Positions 9,859 to 20,259 are shown, numbered from the stretch's first letter. The stretch: 39,422 nt of DNA from Promethearchaeota archaeon (GCA_013375475.1 JABXKD010000032.1:1-39422); one strand, 5' to 3'. Notes: generated by a model from the letters alone, not told the origin. Translations and numbers: made by a program.

Positions 9859-9888
9859 AATCAGAATTATTATTAATCAGAATTATTA
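9859..9888. repeat. 14-bp direct repeat AATCAGAATTATTA x2 (period 16), possible operator
   Basis: Copies at 9859-9872 and 9875-9888, immediately before the GGAGA SD of the next gene. Confidence 0.5.
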
Positions 9889-9901
9889 AGGGAGAACAAA
9901 A

Positions 9902-10945
9902 TTGAATAGTTTTAAAATAGGCATTATTGGGTCGGGTTTCATTGCTGATCGTCATTGTTATTCATATTCCTTACTACCAAATGTTGAAATTGTGGGGATA
10001 GCATCAAATAATAAGGATGAAGCCAATAATTTATTGAAAAAATATGATATTGTCAATAACTACCTTAAGGATTATGAAGAATTACTAAAATTGGAATGCG
10101 ATGCTGTGTCTGTATGTGTTCCAAATAATCTGCATAAAGAAATAACTTGTAATATATTGAACTCAGGAAAGCATGCTCTTGTAGAGAAACCTTTAGCTAG
10201 AAACATTGAAGAAGCAAGTGAAATGTTAGATGCAGAAAAATCTTCTAATAGAACAATTTTTTACTGCGAAAACAACATGTACGCTCCCTCATTTGGCAAG
10301 GTTAAAGAAATTATTAAGGAAGGGGCTTTAGGGGATATCTATATGGGGCGAGGAAAGGAACAACATTCTGGTCCTCATTCTAGGTGGTTTTACAGATTAG
10401 AAGATTCTGGAGGTGGCTCTTTATTAGATTTAGGAGTGCACGATATTGCCTGCTTAAGTTGGTACCTTGAGTGTGAAGTCAAGGAAGTGTTTTGTCAAAC
10501 TAAAACAATTCAAACGGATCGGGGTGTCTTTGGTGCATGTGAAGTTGAAGATAACGCAATTGGAGTTCTGTATTTTGAAAACGATGCTCAAGTGGTAATT
10601 GAAGAGTCGTGGACTGCTCCGGGAGGTTATGATATGCGATTTGAACTGTTTGGTACTGAAGGTCAAATTAAAGTTGCACCAACTTTCTCTAATTTAGTGA
10701 GTGTGTATAGTAAAAATGGGTATGGTTACGCTATAGAAAAAGCAGAAACAACGAAAGGATGGACATTTCCCGTCCCAAATGAGGCTTGGTCTTTCGGTTA
10801 CCCTCAAGAAATTTCTCACTTCATTGATTGTATGGCAAATAAGCGAAAACCCCTTACTGATGGCAAATACGGTTATAAAATTTTGAATATAGTTGAAACT
10901 ATGTATAAGAGCGCAAAATCGAAAAAATTAGAAGAAGTGGCTTGA
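9902..10945 (+). CDS. Gfo/Idh/MocA family NAD(P)-dependent oxidoreductase
   Basis: IGIIGSGFIA Rossmann motif, GKHALVEKP, GGGSLLDLGVHD. Confidence 0.92.
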   Translation: MNSFKIGIIGSGFIADRHCYSYSLLPNVEIVGIASNNKDEANNLLKKYDIVNNYLKDYEELLKLECDAVSVCVPNNLHKEITCNILNSGKHALVEKPLARNIEEASEMLDAEKSSNRTIFYCENNMYAPSFGKVKEIIKEGALGDIYMGRGKEQHSGPHSRWFYRLEDSGGGSLLDLGVHDIACLSWYLECEVKEVFCQTKTIQTDRGVFGACEVEDNAIGVLYFENDAQVVIEESWTAPGGYDMRFELFGTEGQIKVAPTFSNLVSVYSKNGYGYAIEKAETTKGWTFPVPNEAWSFGYPQEISHFIDCMANKRKPLTDGKYGYKILNIVETMYKSAKSKKLEEVA

Positions 10946-10960
10946 ACATACCACATAAAC

Positions 10961-12175
10961 TTACTTTTTTAAAGATTTGATGAAGTCTACTACATTATCC
11001 AATTTTTCTCTGTTAGCTAATAACATTTCCTGGGGGAATTCTATACTTCTTGAATAAACATCAGAAACAATTGGGAAATTTATATTGTTGCTTTTCTCCC
11101 CTCCCCAATTGGCCATAGAATAATCGATTCCTTTTTTTAAATTAATATTTTTGAAACAATCTAAACTGTGTAGGGGTGGGTAGCAATCATCTGTAGGAAT
11201 GCCATTTGCATTCAATTTTTCATAAAATTCTGACTTGGTTATACCTCCAAATTTCATAGGTTCAAATATTATAGGAAACACGTACCATCCTAAACGGGTG
11301 GTTCCGGGAGTAGGTTTCATCGTTTTAATTCCATCAATATCGTTTAACTTTTTCATCAAGTAAAAGGCATTTTCGTTCCGTAGTTCATGTTGATTTGGGA
11401 ATTTTTTTAATTGAACTCGTAAAACTGCTGCTTGGTATTCTGTCATTCTATAGTTCGTTCCATAAGAGAAATGGTCGTAGAAGTATTGATTCTTTTTTCT
11501 CCCACAGTCAATATAGGAATAAATTTTATCGGCTAATTCTTCTGAGTTACAAATTATAGCCCCTCCTTCTCCACTTGTAAGAACTTTTGAAGCTTGAAAA
11601 CTAAACGTACCAGCGCTACCCCAATTTCCAACCTTTTTGTTTTTATATACTGAATTATGCGCGTGAGCACAATCTTCGACCACACTTAAATCGTGTTGAA
11701 TAGCAATTTCCATTAAATGTTCCATATCAGTAGGGTTACCTCCTAAGTGGACAGGTACAATTGCTTTAGTTCTTGTTGTGATTAATTTCTCAACGTTATT
11801 AACATCTATTACGAGCGTCTTAGGATTTATATCGCAAAATATTGGGATTGCATTTGTTGCTATTACTGCTGAAGCAGACGCTACGAAAGTATAATCAGAA
11901 ACAATCACCTCATCACCTAAGCCAACATTTAATCCCATGAGCGCGGCTTCTATAGCAACGGTACCATTACATACCGCTACACAGTGTTTGGCTCCTTGAA
12001 ACTTTGCAAATTCTTCCTGAAACGCCCAAACATTATCTCCTTGATGCTCACCTGGAGCCCCACACCACCAATCACCAGATTTAATAACATCCTTTAAGGC
12101 GTTTATCTCGTCATTGTTATGGATAGGCCATTTAGGAAAATTTTTTTTTGCTTCTTGTTCAAACGACATAAACAA
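10961..12175 (-). CDS. DegT/DnrJ/EryC1/StrS PLP aminotransferase (AHBA synthase/BtrR-like)
   Basis: CNGTVA, YTFVAS, EDCAHAH, SFQASKVLTSGEGG (PLP lysine), NYRMTEYQAA; start may be the ATG two codons in. Confidence 0.9.
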   Translation of the reverse strand: MFMSFEQEAKKNFPKWPIHNNDEINALKDVIKSGDWWCGAPGEHQGDNVWAFQEEFAKFQGAKHCVAVCNGTVAIEAALMGLNVGLGDEVIVSDYTFVASASAVIATNAIPIFCDINPKTLVIDVNNVEKLITTRTKAIVPVHLGGNPTDMEHLMEIAIQHDLSVVEDCAHAHNSVYKNKKVGNWGSAGTFSFQASKVLTSGEGGAIICNSEELADKIYSYIDCGRKKNQYFYDHFSYGTNYRMTEYQAAVLRVQLKKFPNQHELRNENAFYLMKKLNDIDGIKTMKPTPGTTRLGWYVFPIIFEPMKFGGITKSEFYEKLNANGIPTDDCYPPLHSLDCFKNINLKKGIDYSMANWGGEKSNNINFPIVSDVYSRSIEFPQEMLLANREKLDNVVDFIKSLKK

Positions 12176-12299
12176 ATCGACCGTTTTATTAATAGACTAT
12201 CATAAATTTTATGAGTTATTCTAAATATATTTAACAAAATAGATAAAAGTTTCATTCAATAGAGAAATAGAAGGTTTCGACATCAAACGGATACTGAAA

Positions 12300-14009
12300 A
12301 TGAAAGTTATTGATAAAAAGGCAATAGCAGAAGTTCTGGAAAAATATATTTCAGATCTTAGCATAGAAGAAATAGAATTGTCAATTGAAATTCCGCCTCC
12401 AGAGCTTGACTTCACTTATGCATTTCCTTGTTTCAAACTTTCAAAATTTTTCAAGAAAGCTCCAATTCAAATAGCTCAAGATTTATTAGATAAGATTAAA
12501 CAACCCGAATTCATAGAAAAAATTGAAGTAGCTGGTCCTTACTTAAACTTTAAAATCAATCCTAAGTTCATACTTGAAAGCGTTTTTGAATTAAAAAGTG
12601 ATTATGGGAGGATTAGAGAAACCTCAAAAATCGGGCTTAAATCAAGAGTAGTAATTGAATATCCCTCGCCAAACACTAATAAACCTCTTCACTTTGGTCA
12701 TGTTAGAAATATGGTATTAGGTAAGTCTTTATCAAATTTATTACAATACAAAGGTCATAAAGTTTTTCAGGTAAATTTGAACAACGATAGGGGAATACAT
12801 ATCTGTAAGAGTATGCTTGCGTATAAGAAATGGGGAAATAATAGTCAACCAGATAAAAAAGGAGATCATTTTGTTGGAGACTACTATGTGCTTTATAGCA
12901 ATAGGGTTAAAGAAGATAAGGACTTAGCCAAGGAGGCTCAGGATTTATTAATATCTTGGGAAGCAGGTGATCAAGAAACTCTTGATTTATGGAATAAAAT
13001 GAATAAGTGGGCGATAAGTGGTTTTAGAGAAACATATGCTAAATTCAATATCAAATTTGATAAGGAATATAATGAATCTGACTTGTATCTATCAGGAAAA
13101 GAAAAGATTCTAGATGCTTTGAATCGAGGAATCTTTGAAAAAACCGAAGATGGAGCAGTTATCGCTAGATTAAAAGATAAATACAATCTTGAGGACAAAA
13201 TCTTGATTAGGAGTGATGGTACATCAATATACATAACTCAAGACATATATTTAGCTTACAAGAAGAAAGAGGATTTTAATTACGACAGGTCTATTTATGT
13301 CGTAGCTAACGAACAAATCCAACATTTTAAATGGCTTTTTGCTTTATTGGATATGCTTGGATTTAAGGAAGATAATTTTCACTTGTCTTATGGGATGATA
13401 GATCTCCCTAGTGGAAAAATGAAAAGCAGAGAAGGCACAGTCGTCGATGCTGATGACGTGATAGAAGAAGTGGAAAATCTCGCCTTTGAAGAAGTTAACA
13501 AAAGGTATCCAACTCTGACTAATAACGAAAAGAAAAAGAGAGCAAAAACAATTAGTTTAGCAGCAATTATTTTTTACATATTGAAATATAGTTATGTCAA
13601 GGGGTTTATTTTTGAGCCAGATGAGAGTATTTCATTTGAAGGTGAAACAGGTCCTTATATTCAATATTGTTATGCGAGAATTGCATCTATTATTTCGAAA
13701 ACTAAACAAGAGATTGATTTGAACATAAAATGGCAATTATTAGCTCATGAAAAGGAACAGTTTTTAGTAAAACAATTAGCATATTTCCCTGAAATTATCG
13801 ACACAGCTGAGAAAACATATAATATTCATTTAATCCCTCAATATCTACTTACTTTATGCCAAGGATTTAATTCATTTTATTCTGCTTGCCAAGTATTATC
13901 TGATGATAAGGAACTAGAAAAAGCTAGACTTTTACTTATAAGGTGTGTTCAAATCGTAATTAAAATCGGATTGGACATATTAGGAATAGATACATTAAAT
14001 CAAATGTAA
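12300..14009 (+). CDS. argS: Arginyl-tRNA synthetase
   Basis: IEYPSPNTNKPLHFGH (HIGH), RSDGT..Y..QD, GKMKSREG, FEGETGPYIQY. Confidence 0.96.
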   Translation: MKVIDKKAIAEVLEKYISDLSIEEIELSIEIPPPELDFTYAFPCFKLSKFFKKAPIQIAQDLLDKIKQPEFIEKIEVAGPYLNFKINPKFILESVFELKSDYGRIRETSKIGLKSRVVIEYPSPNTNKPLHFGHVRNMVLGKSLSNLLQYKGHKVFQVNLNNDRGIHICKSMLAYKKWGNNSQPDKKGDHFVGDYYVLYSNRVKEDKDLAKEAQDLLISWEAGDQETLDLWNKMNKWAISGFRETYAKFNIKFDKEYNESDLYLSGKEKILDALNRGIFEKTEDGAVIARLKDKYNLEDKILIRSDGTSIYITQDIYLAYKKKEDFNYDRSIYVVANEQIQHFKWLFALLDMLGFKEDNFHLSYGMIDLPSGKMKSREGTVVDADDVIEEVENLAFEEVNKRYPTLTNNEKKKRAKTISLAAIIFYILKYSYVKGFIFEPDESISFEGETGPYIQYCYARIASIISKTKQEIDLNIKWQLLAHEKEQFLVKQLAYFPEIIDTAEKTYNIHLIPQYLLTLCQGFNSFYSACQVLSDDKELEKARLLLIRCVQIVIKIGLDILGIDTLNQM

Positions 14010-14034
14010 TTCACAAATAAAAAAGGGGAAAAGC

Positions 14035-14934
14035 TTGACTTTTTTTGACTTTGGGGAAACGATTGATAACGATACGGAATTTGTGTTCTTTGGCATTCCA
14101 TGGAATTATTTAAGCTCTTTAGAAATAGTTGATTCAGCAAAAGCACCACAAAAAATACGTGAAATTTCAGAAAATTTAGGATTGACAACCGAAATGGGGA
14201 TCGAAATACCTAAATTAAAAGTTGTTGATGTAGGAAATGTTGCGATTGAGCCTACGAATATTGAGAACAATATTGTAAAAATAGTAAAGTTTATGAAATC
14301 TATATTTAGTCAAAATAAAAGAATAATTCCAATTATGGTTGGAGGTGACCATTTTTGCACTTATCCCGTAGTAAAAACAATGGGAGATTCTTTTGATAAA
14401 AAAAGCGGATTTGGAGTGCTTATCTTTGACGCTCATCTCGATTTTTATAAAAGCTATGATAAAGGTAAATATTCTCACGCTACAGTTTCCCACCGCATTT
14501 TTGACTTAGAATATGTATCCAACAACAATTTACTTATTGTCGGAACAAGAGATATCGATGTTCCGGAGTTAGATATCACAAAAAAAGAGCAAATTGCTTA
14601 TTTAAACGCTTATACATTTCACGACATCGGATTTAATTCGTTTACAGATAAAATTTTAGCATTTTTTGAAAAATCTAACGCGAAAGATATATACGTTTCG
14701 ATTGATATCGATGTTTTAGATCCCTCTATAGCACCAGGGACGGGATATGCGATTCCAGGAGGATTTTCTTATCGTGAATTATGGCAAATTTTAAGAAAAT
14801 TGGCTGAAAATATCAATATTATTGGTTTTGATGTAGTAGAGGTTTCTCCCAACTTGGATTTACTTAATAATATTACTTCCAATTTGGCAGCTAAATTAAT
14901 AATTGAATTGATTTCTTTTATTTCCAATAAGTAG
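14035..14934 (+). CDS. speB: Agmatinase / ureohydrolase family
   Basis: GGDH, DAHLD, SHAT, SIDIDVLDPSIAPGTG, GFDVVEVSP. Confidence 0.85.
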   Translation: MTFFDFGETIDNDTEFVFFGIPWNYLSSLEIVDSAKAPQKIREISENLGLTTEMGIEIPKLKVVDVGNVAIEPTNIENNIVKIVKFMKSIFSQNKRIIPIMVGGDHFCTYPVVKTMGDSFDKKSGFGVLIFDAHLDFYKSYDKGKYSHATVSHRIFDLEYVSNNNLLIVGTRDIDVPELDITKKEQIAYLNAYTFHDIGFNSFTDKILAFFEKSNAKDIYVSIDIDVLDPSIAPGTGYAIPGGFSYRELWQILRKLAENINIIGFDVVEVSPNLDLLNNITSNLAAKLIIELISFISNK

Positions 14935-14938
14935 GGAA

Positions 14939-15898
14939 GTGAACATTATGCCGAATGATGACATTAAAAAAAAAATGAAGAAGGTACATCAATTTAGGAT
15001 AGATGAGAAGGATGACATTGTTGATCTTATTTCATCTTTAAAAGACACGGGATTTAACGCTAAACGTTTAGCTGTAGCTTGTGAGATATATAAGAAAATG
15101 ATTCAAGATAAAGACTGTGTTAAATTTTTTGGTCTTGCAGGTGCATTAGTTCCGGCTGGGATGCAAAAAGTCATCCATGATTTTATAAAAGAAGGATTTG
15201 TGGATGTTCTTGTTACTACAGGCGCTTCTTTAACTCACGACATTGCAGAAACTTTAGGTTATCACCATTTACAAGGGGATTTAAGCGCGATAAAAGTTGA
15301 TGATTCTAAGCTGCATAACCAAGAGTTAAATCGAATCTACGATGTATTCTTGCCGAATAAAGTTTACGAAGGGATTGAAGATTTTGTGTCAAAATTAGAG
15401 ATTCCTGACGAAAACATGCCAATTAGCTCATTTTTAAAGTTTCTTGGTAATAAGCTTCCAGAAAATGAAAGTTCTATTCTTAAAATCTGTGCAGAAAAAA
15501 ATGTCCCAATCTTCTGTCCTGCTTTTACTGATTCAGGTTTAGCATTACAATTAGGATTTCATCACCAAAATTTAAACCTTAATCACTTCAAAGACATGTT
15601 AACGATGGTAGATCTAGCATGGGATACTAAACGAGCGGGAGTATGTATTGTTGGTGGTGGAGTTCCTAAGAATTTTATAATGCAATCGCTTCAATTTTGT
15701 CCTAATTCTGCCCAGTATGCAATTCAAATAACTATGGATCGGCCAGAGCAAGGAGGTCTTAGTGGGGCGACTTTAAGCGAAGCTATATCATGGGGGAAGG
15801 TAAGCGAGGAGGCTGAATTCTCAACGGTAATTTCTGATGCCACAATCGCTCTTCCTTTAATATTGTGGTATTTACTGAAATCAAAATCGACAAATTGA
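14939..15898 (+). CDS. dys: Deoxyhypusine synthase
   Basis: TGFNA, GALVPAG, TTGASLTHD, RIYDVF, FCPAFTDS, GGGVPKN, GGLSGATLSEAISWGK (catalytic Lys). Confidence 0.93.
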   Translation: MNIMPNDDIKKKMKKVHQFRIDEKDDIVDLISSLKDTGFNAKRLAVACEIYKKMIQDKDCVKFFGLAGALVPAGMQKVIHDFIKEGFVDVLVTTGASLTHDIAETLGYHHLQGDLSAIKVDDSKLHNQELNRIYDVFLPNKVYEGIEDFVSKLEIPDENMPISSFLKFLGNKLPENESSILKICAEKNVPIFCPAFTDSGLALQLGFHHQNLNLNHFKDMLTMVDLAWDTKRAGVCIVGGGVPKNFIMQSLQFCPNSAQYAIQITMDRPEQGGLSGATLSEAISWGKVSEEAEFSTVISDATIALPLILWYLLKSKSTN

Positions 15899-15920
15899 GC
15901 TTAATTTCTTGAGTAAATAC

Positions 15921-16385
15921 CTAATAAAATAGCCCATCTAGTTTCTGATCAACTTTCTTAGTACTGGAACCAAAAATGATATCGAGTGATTTCTTAAAAA
16001 TTTTAAATTGGGTAACTTCCGATAAATTTTTTCCTTCATTTTGTATTTTGAATTCCTGGACAACTTTAGATAACAAAGGATTAACAATTTTACTAACATA
16101 TTTGTCGATTTTTTTTTGTCTATCTATGATCGCATATGAAACTAATAATTCCGGTTCGTTACCGTCATCTGATAGGATTTTCGCGTTTATAAAGGCGATA
16201 GTAAATCTATTCCCTTGAAAATATTCTACAGATCCCGTAGAAAATGCCGTTTCTGCAAAGTTCAAAAGAGCAGTAAGTAATCCGCTTCTAAGATCAGCAT
16301 CGATTTTTCCTAAAGTAGTTTTATGATAACTTTTCTTTACTAATGTAAAACCTCTAAACAGTAAACCTACTTCTCGTATTACCAT
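15921..16385 (-). CDS. Hypothetical protein, probable longin-like fold
   Basis: IREVGLLFRGFTLV...DADLRSGLLTALLNFAETAF...VEYFQGNRFTIAF fits the beta-beta-alpha-beta-beta-beta-alpha pattern of Asgard longins. Confidence 0.55.
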   Translation of the reverse strand: MVIREVGLLFRGFTLVKKSYHKTTLGKIDADLRSGLLTALLNFAETAFSTGSVEYFQGNRFTIAFINAKILSDDGNEPELLVSYAIIDRQKKIDKYVSKIVNPLLSKVVQEFKIQNEGKNLSEVTQFKIFKKSLDIIFGSSTKKVDQKLDGLFY

Positions 16386-16420
16386 AATTTGGACGAGTAA
16401 AACATTAAAGCAATAATATA

Positions 16421-16446
16421 CGGTGATTTTTTCAAGAAATCATCCG
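16421..16446. promoter_or_regulatory. Imperfect inverted repeat between divergent genes
   Basis: CGGTGATTTTTTCAAGAAATCATCCG: TGATTT...AAATCA arms flanked by CGG/CCG. Confidence 0.3.
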
Positions 16447-16575
16447 ATAGATATTTTAATTAAAACAATTCTTTGTAATAAATCTAATGTTGATCAAATT
16501 ACCGTTTAGAATCTCGCTTAAATTGAATGTTAAATTTCAGAGAACATATATTAAAGAAAAAAAATTTGATCAAAT

Positions 16576-17760
16576 ATGGTTGAAAAAGAAAAAATTAAAT
16601 TGTGTGCTAAGAACATTGTTAACGCTATAAATATTCAGAATAAAGGTGAAAATGTTTTAATAAGAGGAGGAGTTTATTCTCAAGACTTATTAGAAGAAAT
16701 TGCATTAGAGGTCTATAGAAATGATGGGATCCCTATAATCACATCCGTTAGCGATGACTACAATGAAGCTGTTTTCCAAGACTCCAACATTAGTAGTGAA
16801 ATTTTGGGGGTTACACCTCTTCATTATTTAAAATTGATTGAAAATATTGATGCCTATATAGTAATTGAACCAGATGAAGATCCAGGAGTTCGTGGCAGAG
16901 CACCGAGAGATAAATTGAATGCAAAATTAAAATACTTAGCACCCATAAAGGATGTTCTTTATGGTATGAAAGAAGAATATGCGCCTGGTAAAAAATGGTG
17001 CTATGCAGGGTGGCCATCAAAGAAAGCTGCCAAATATTATGGCATTGAGTACGAATTATTAGAAAAATTCATTGTTGGTGGAATAAGCGTCCCTCAAGAG
17101 ACGATGAGTGAAATAACGGCGAATTTAAGTAAGAATTTTAAAAATGCAAAAAATGTTTATGTTACAGATGATTTAGGAACTGATTTTAGAGTAAATATCC
17201 AAGATCGTGCTGAAATTCAAGATAACGGTTTATTAACAGACGATCAGATCGCTTTAGGTTTATTGGGGGGAAATTTACCCGCCGGTGAAGTGTTTTTCCC
17301 TCCACATGAAAAAATGGGAGAAGGAACTCTCTTTTGTCCCTTAACTAGAGATAGACTTAGTAATAAAATTATTAAAAATGTACATTTGAAATTTAAGAAT
17401 GGAAAATTATTAATTGATGAAGTTACTGCTGATGAGAACCTAAGTGATTTAGTTAGCACTTTTAAGCATAGTGAAAAGATAGACAGGGACAACAATTTAC
17501 CGGAAATTCGAACATACAATGTTGCTGAATTAGGAATCGGGTGCAATCCAGAAATCACAAGAGCAATAGGTTATATATTAACGGATGAAAAGATCAATGG
17601 AAGCGTGCATGTAGCCTTTGGATCTAATAAAATGATGGGAGGTACCTCAGTCTCACAAGTTCATTGGGATTTTGTAACTGCTCCACAAGCTAATATTACT
17701 GTGGAATACAAGGATGGAACGAAAAAACCAATAATGGATACCGGTAAATTGCTTCACTAA
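16576..17760 (+). CDS. M29 family aminopeptidase (AmpS/thermophilic metalloprotease)
   Basis: NLPAGEVF, AELGIGCNP, DEKINGSVHVAFG, VHWDFV. Confidence 0.88.
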   Translation: MVEKEKIKLCAKNIVNAINIQNKGENVLIRGGVYSQDLLEEIALEVYRNDGIPIITSVSDDYNEAVFQDSNISSEILGVTPLHYLKLIENIDAYIVIEPDEDPGVRGRAPRDKLNAKLKYLAPIKDVLYGMKEEYAPGKKWCYAGWPSKKAAKYYGIEYELLEKFIVGGISVPQETMSEITANLSKNFKNAKNVYVTDDLGTDFRVNIQDRAEIQDNGLLTDDQIALGLLGGNLPAGEVFFPPHEKMGEGTLFCPLTRDRLSNKIIKNVHLKFKNGKLLIDEVTADENLSDLVSTFKHSEKIDRDNNLPEIRTYNVAELGIGCNPEITRAIGYILTDEKINGSVHVAFGSNKMMGGTSVSQVHWDFVTAPQANITVEYKDGTKKPIMDTGKLLH

Positions 17761-18954
17761 TTAATACAACTTGAATTTTTGGAAGAAAATCGGCGTTATT
17801 GAAATCAGAGACATAAAAGCAACAATTATTATTAAATTTTCAATAGGAATATAAGAGCTTAGTAGTGTTCCTAAAGGCACAAATATGAAACTTGCTAATA
17901 AGCTCGAACTCCTTATTATTTCATAAGAGAGAGCATTATTTTTACTCAGCTTTGAAATACTAATATTTCTTTCTGTTAGTTGCGACATCATAACCCCTGA
18001 AACTACTTTGTTTGCGGCTGTTAGTAATAAGAAAGTTGTTAAATCAGAAAATATGAGGGAGAATATTAACAAAGCGTATAATACAATTGAAATCGAAATG
18101 TAAGTTCTCGAGTTATACTGGTTTATGAGACGCCTTGATATAAACCAGCCACCTATATATAAATAAGTAAATATAAAAAATAAATAAGAGTAAGTAAAAA
18201 AACCAGATTCTCCAAATTTGGTTAGAATCCATGATGTGAATGGGAATTCGATGAGTTTATCACTCCATATTAAAAAGTTAGTTAAAAATGTGAGTAATAA
18301 TCCGATATGGCCATTTCTTTTTTTATTAAGATTTTCGGGATCTAAAATCGTGTTTCTAGTTTTATTGTCTATACTTACTAAATCGTCGTTAATTAAAAAA
18401 AAAATAATTAAGATAGGAAATGACATAATCCAACAAAGATTAAAAAATATGGACCATAAACTCGTCGAATTTATATCGTAAATAAGAACATTAAACATCA
18501 ATATTGGAACAATGCTCCCAAATGAAGCGCTAACATTAGAAATTAGAATTATATTTTTTTTTTTATCCTTTTGTTCTGAAGCTTCCAGCATTAATTTGCT
18601 CATCCCTGATTTAATGATTAATCTACTCGTAAAATTCAGAGCCAGAAATATTCCGAAATAAGACAAATTATCGATGTTTAAATTAAAAAACGAAAAGCTG
18701 AAGACAAGAAATACGCTTGATATCAAGATGAGTTTTTTTTTCTTATTCGAAAATTTATCAAAAAAAAAGCCCATGAATGGCCCTAAAAAGAGCGTTAGGT
18801 AGGAAAGAAATTGAACGAAGGCTAACTCAATTCTATTCACATCTAAAATAACGAGCATGAAGACGGGGATGTATAAAATTACAAATGTATTAATTAGACT
18901 AATTATGAAATAGACTATGAAAAACGAAATGTAATTTGATTTTAATAGATTCAT
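17761..18954 (-). CDS. MFS-type membrane transporter
   Basis: About 12 hydrophobic segments; GFFFDKF MFS motif-A-like loop after TM2. Confidence 0.75.
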   Translation of the reverse strand: MNLLKSNYISFFIVYFIISLINTFVILYIPVFMLVILDVNRIELAFVQFLSYLTLFLGPFMGFFFDKFSNKKKKLILISSVFLVFSFSFFNLNIDNLSYFGIFLALNFTSRLIIKSGMSKLMLEASEQKDKKKNIILISNVSASFGSIVPILMFNVLIYDINSTSLWSIFFNLCWIMSFPILIIFFLINDDLVSIDNKTRNTILDPENLNKKRNGHIGLLLTFLTNFLIWSDKLIEFPFTSWILTKFGESGFFTYSYLFFIFTYLYIGGWFISRRLINQYNSRTYISISIVLYALLIFSLIFSDLTTFLLLTAANKVVSGVMMSQLTERNISISKLSKNNALSYEIIRSSSLLASFIFVPLGTLLSSYIPIENLIIIVAFMSLISITPIFFQKFKLY

Positions 18955-19050
18955 TCAAATAAGCTCAACATTTTTACTGCTTATTCTTTCTTTTTACTCA
19001 ACCTATAAAAAGATATGAAAATAAAAGAAATTCAAAATAGTCTTGAATCT

Positions 19051-19524
19051 TCATACAAAATTTTGGAGTAGCATAATTATCTTTTCTAATACTTTTTCTT
19101 TAAATGTAATACGATCAACCTTAAATTGATATTTCTTTACGATTGTTTCTTCCAGAGTGGAAAAGCCAATATAAACTAAACCTACTGGTTTTTCGGGCGT
19201 GCCACCTGAAGGTCCTGCGATCCCGGTAATACCTATTCCGACGGAAACATTTGATAGTATTCTAATATTTTTAGCCAAATGCTTGGCAATTATTTCCGAG
19301 ACCGCTCCATATTGAATTAAGTCATCAGGATTGATGTTCAAGAGAGATTCTTTAGAAGAATTACTATAACATATTATACCTCGTTCAAAAACTTTAGAGG
19401 CACCAGGAATATTAGTTATCATATTCGAGATATACCCTCCTGTACAAGATTCAGCAACTGCTAATGTTATTTTACTCTTTGTAAATTTTACGACTATTTC
19501 TTTGATAATATCTAAACTATCCAT
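19051..19524 (-). CDS. pncC: CinA C-terminal domain / NMN deamidase
   Basis: AVAESCTGG, GAVSE, GITGIAGPSGGTPEKPVGLVYIG. Confidence 0.88.
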   Translation of the reverse strand: MDSLDIIKEIVVKFTKSKITLAVAESCTGGYISNMITNIPGASKVFERGIICYSNSSKESLLNINPDDLIQYGAVSEIIAKHLAKNIRILSNVSVGIGITGIAGPSGGTPEKPVGLVYIGFSTLEETIVKKYQFKVDRITFKEKVLEKIIMLLQNFV

Positions 19525-19710
19525 TATAATTCTATTAAATTTTACAAAATACTTTTATCTGGTTAATTTAATAAAAATCTTGAAGATTTAAAGCAAACCG
19601 TTTAATATAATAAAAAGCAATATAAATAAAAAATAATATTTATAATTTATATTTTAAAGAAGTATAAGAAACTGCATGGACGAATTGAATAATAACTTTA
19701 ATGTGATTTT

Positions 19711-20259
19711 ATGAGTGATAGTGACGAGCGGAAGGATTTTGTTTTCAAAATAACTGTAATTGGCGATGGGGGAGTCGGTAAAACCTCTTTAATTAAAAAA
19801 TATACAAAGGGAAGTTTTAAGAAGGAGTATATTAAAACTTTAGGAGCTCAATTCTCTAAATATGACGAGAAAATAGAAGGGAGCGCAGTAAAATTGTTTT
19901 TCTGGGATATTGCAGGTCAAGCTGAATTTTCATTTATGAGACCAACCTTTTACAAGGGGAGTAAAGCTGCGATTATAGTTTTTTCTCATGCACCAGGTGA
20001 AGTTGAGAAAAGCTTTGATCATATCTTTGATTGGCACGAAGATATTAAAAAATATTGCGGAGATATTCCAATTGTACTATTCGGCAATAAGATTGATTTG
20101 ATAGATGAAAGTTCAATTGATAATGGAAAGATAGAAGAAATAGTTAATAAAAGAGATTTTCTAGGATTTTATAAAACTAGCGCGAAAACAGGGAATGGCG
20201 TTTACGAAGCGTTTCAGGCGATAATTAAAAATCTTTATGAGAAATATAAGGACCTTTAA
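19711..20259 (+). CDS. Rab-like small GTPase
   Basis: GDGGVGKT, KTLGAQF, WDIAGQ, GNKID, KTSAK. Confidence 0.93.
   Translation: MSDSDERKDFVFKITVIGDGGVGKTSLIKKYTKGSFKKEYIKTLGAQFSKYDEKIEGSAVKLFFWDIAGQAEFSFMRPTFYKGSKAAIIVFSHAPGEVEKSFDHIFDWHEDIKKYCGDIPIVLFGNKIDLIDESSIDNGKIEEIVNKRDFLGFYKTSAKTGNGVYEAFQAIIKNLYEKYKDL

Noticed and set aside
17755-17766. Abutting stop codons of convergent genes (also 7297/7300)
   Set aside because: Common in compact archaeal genomes; no further signal
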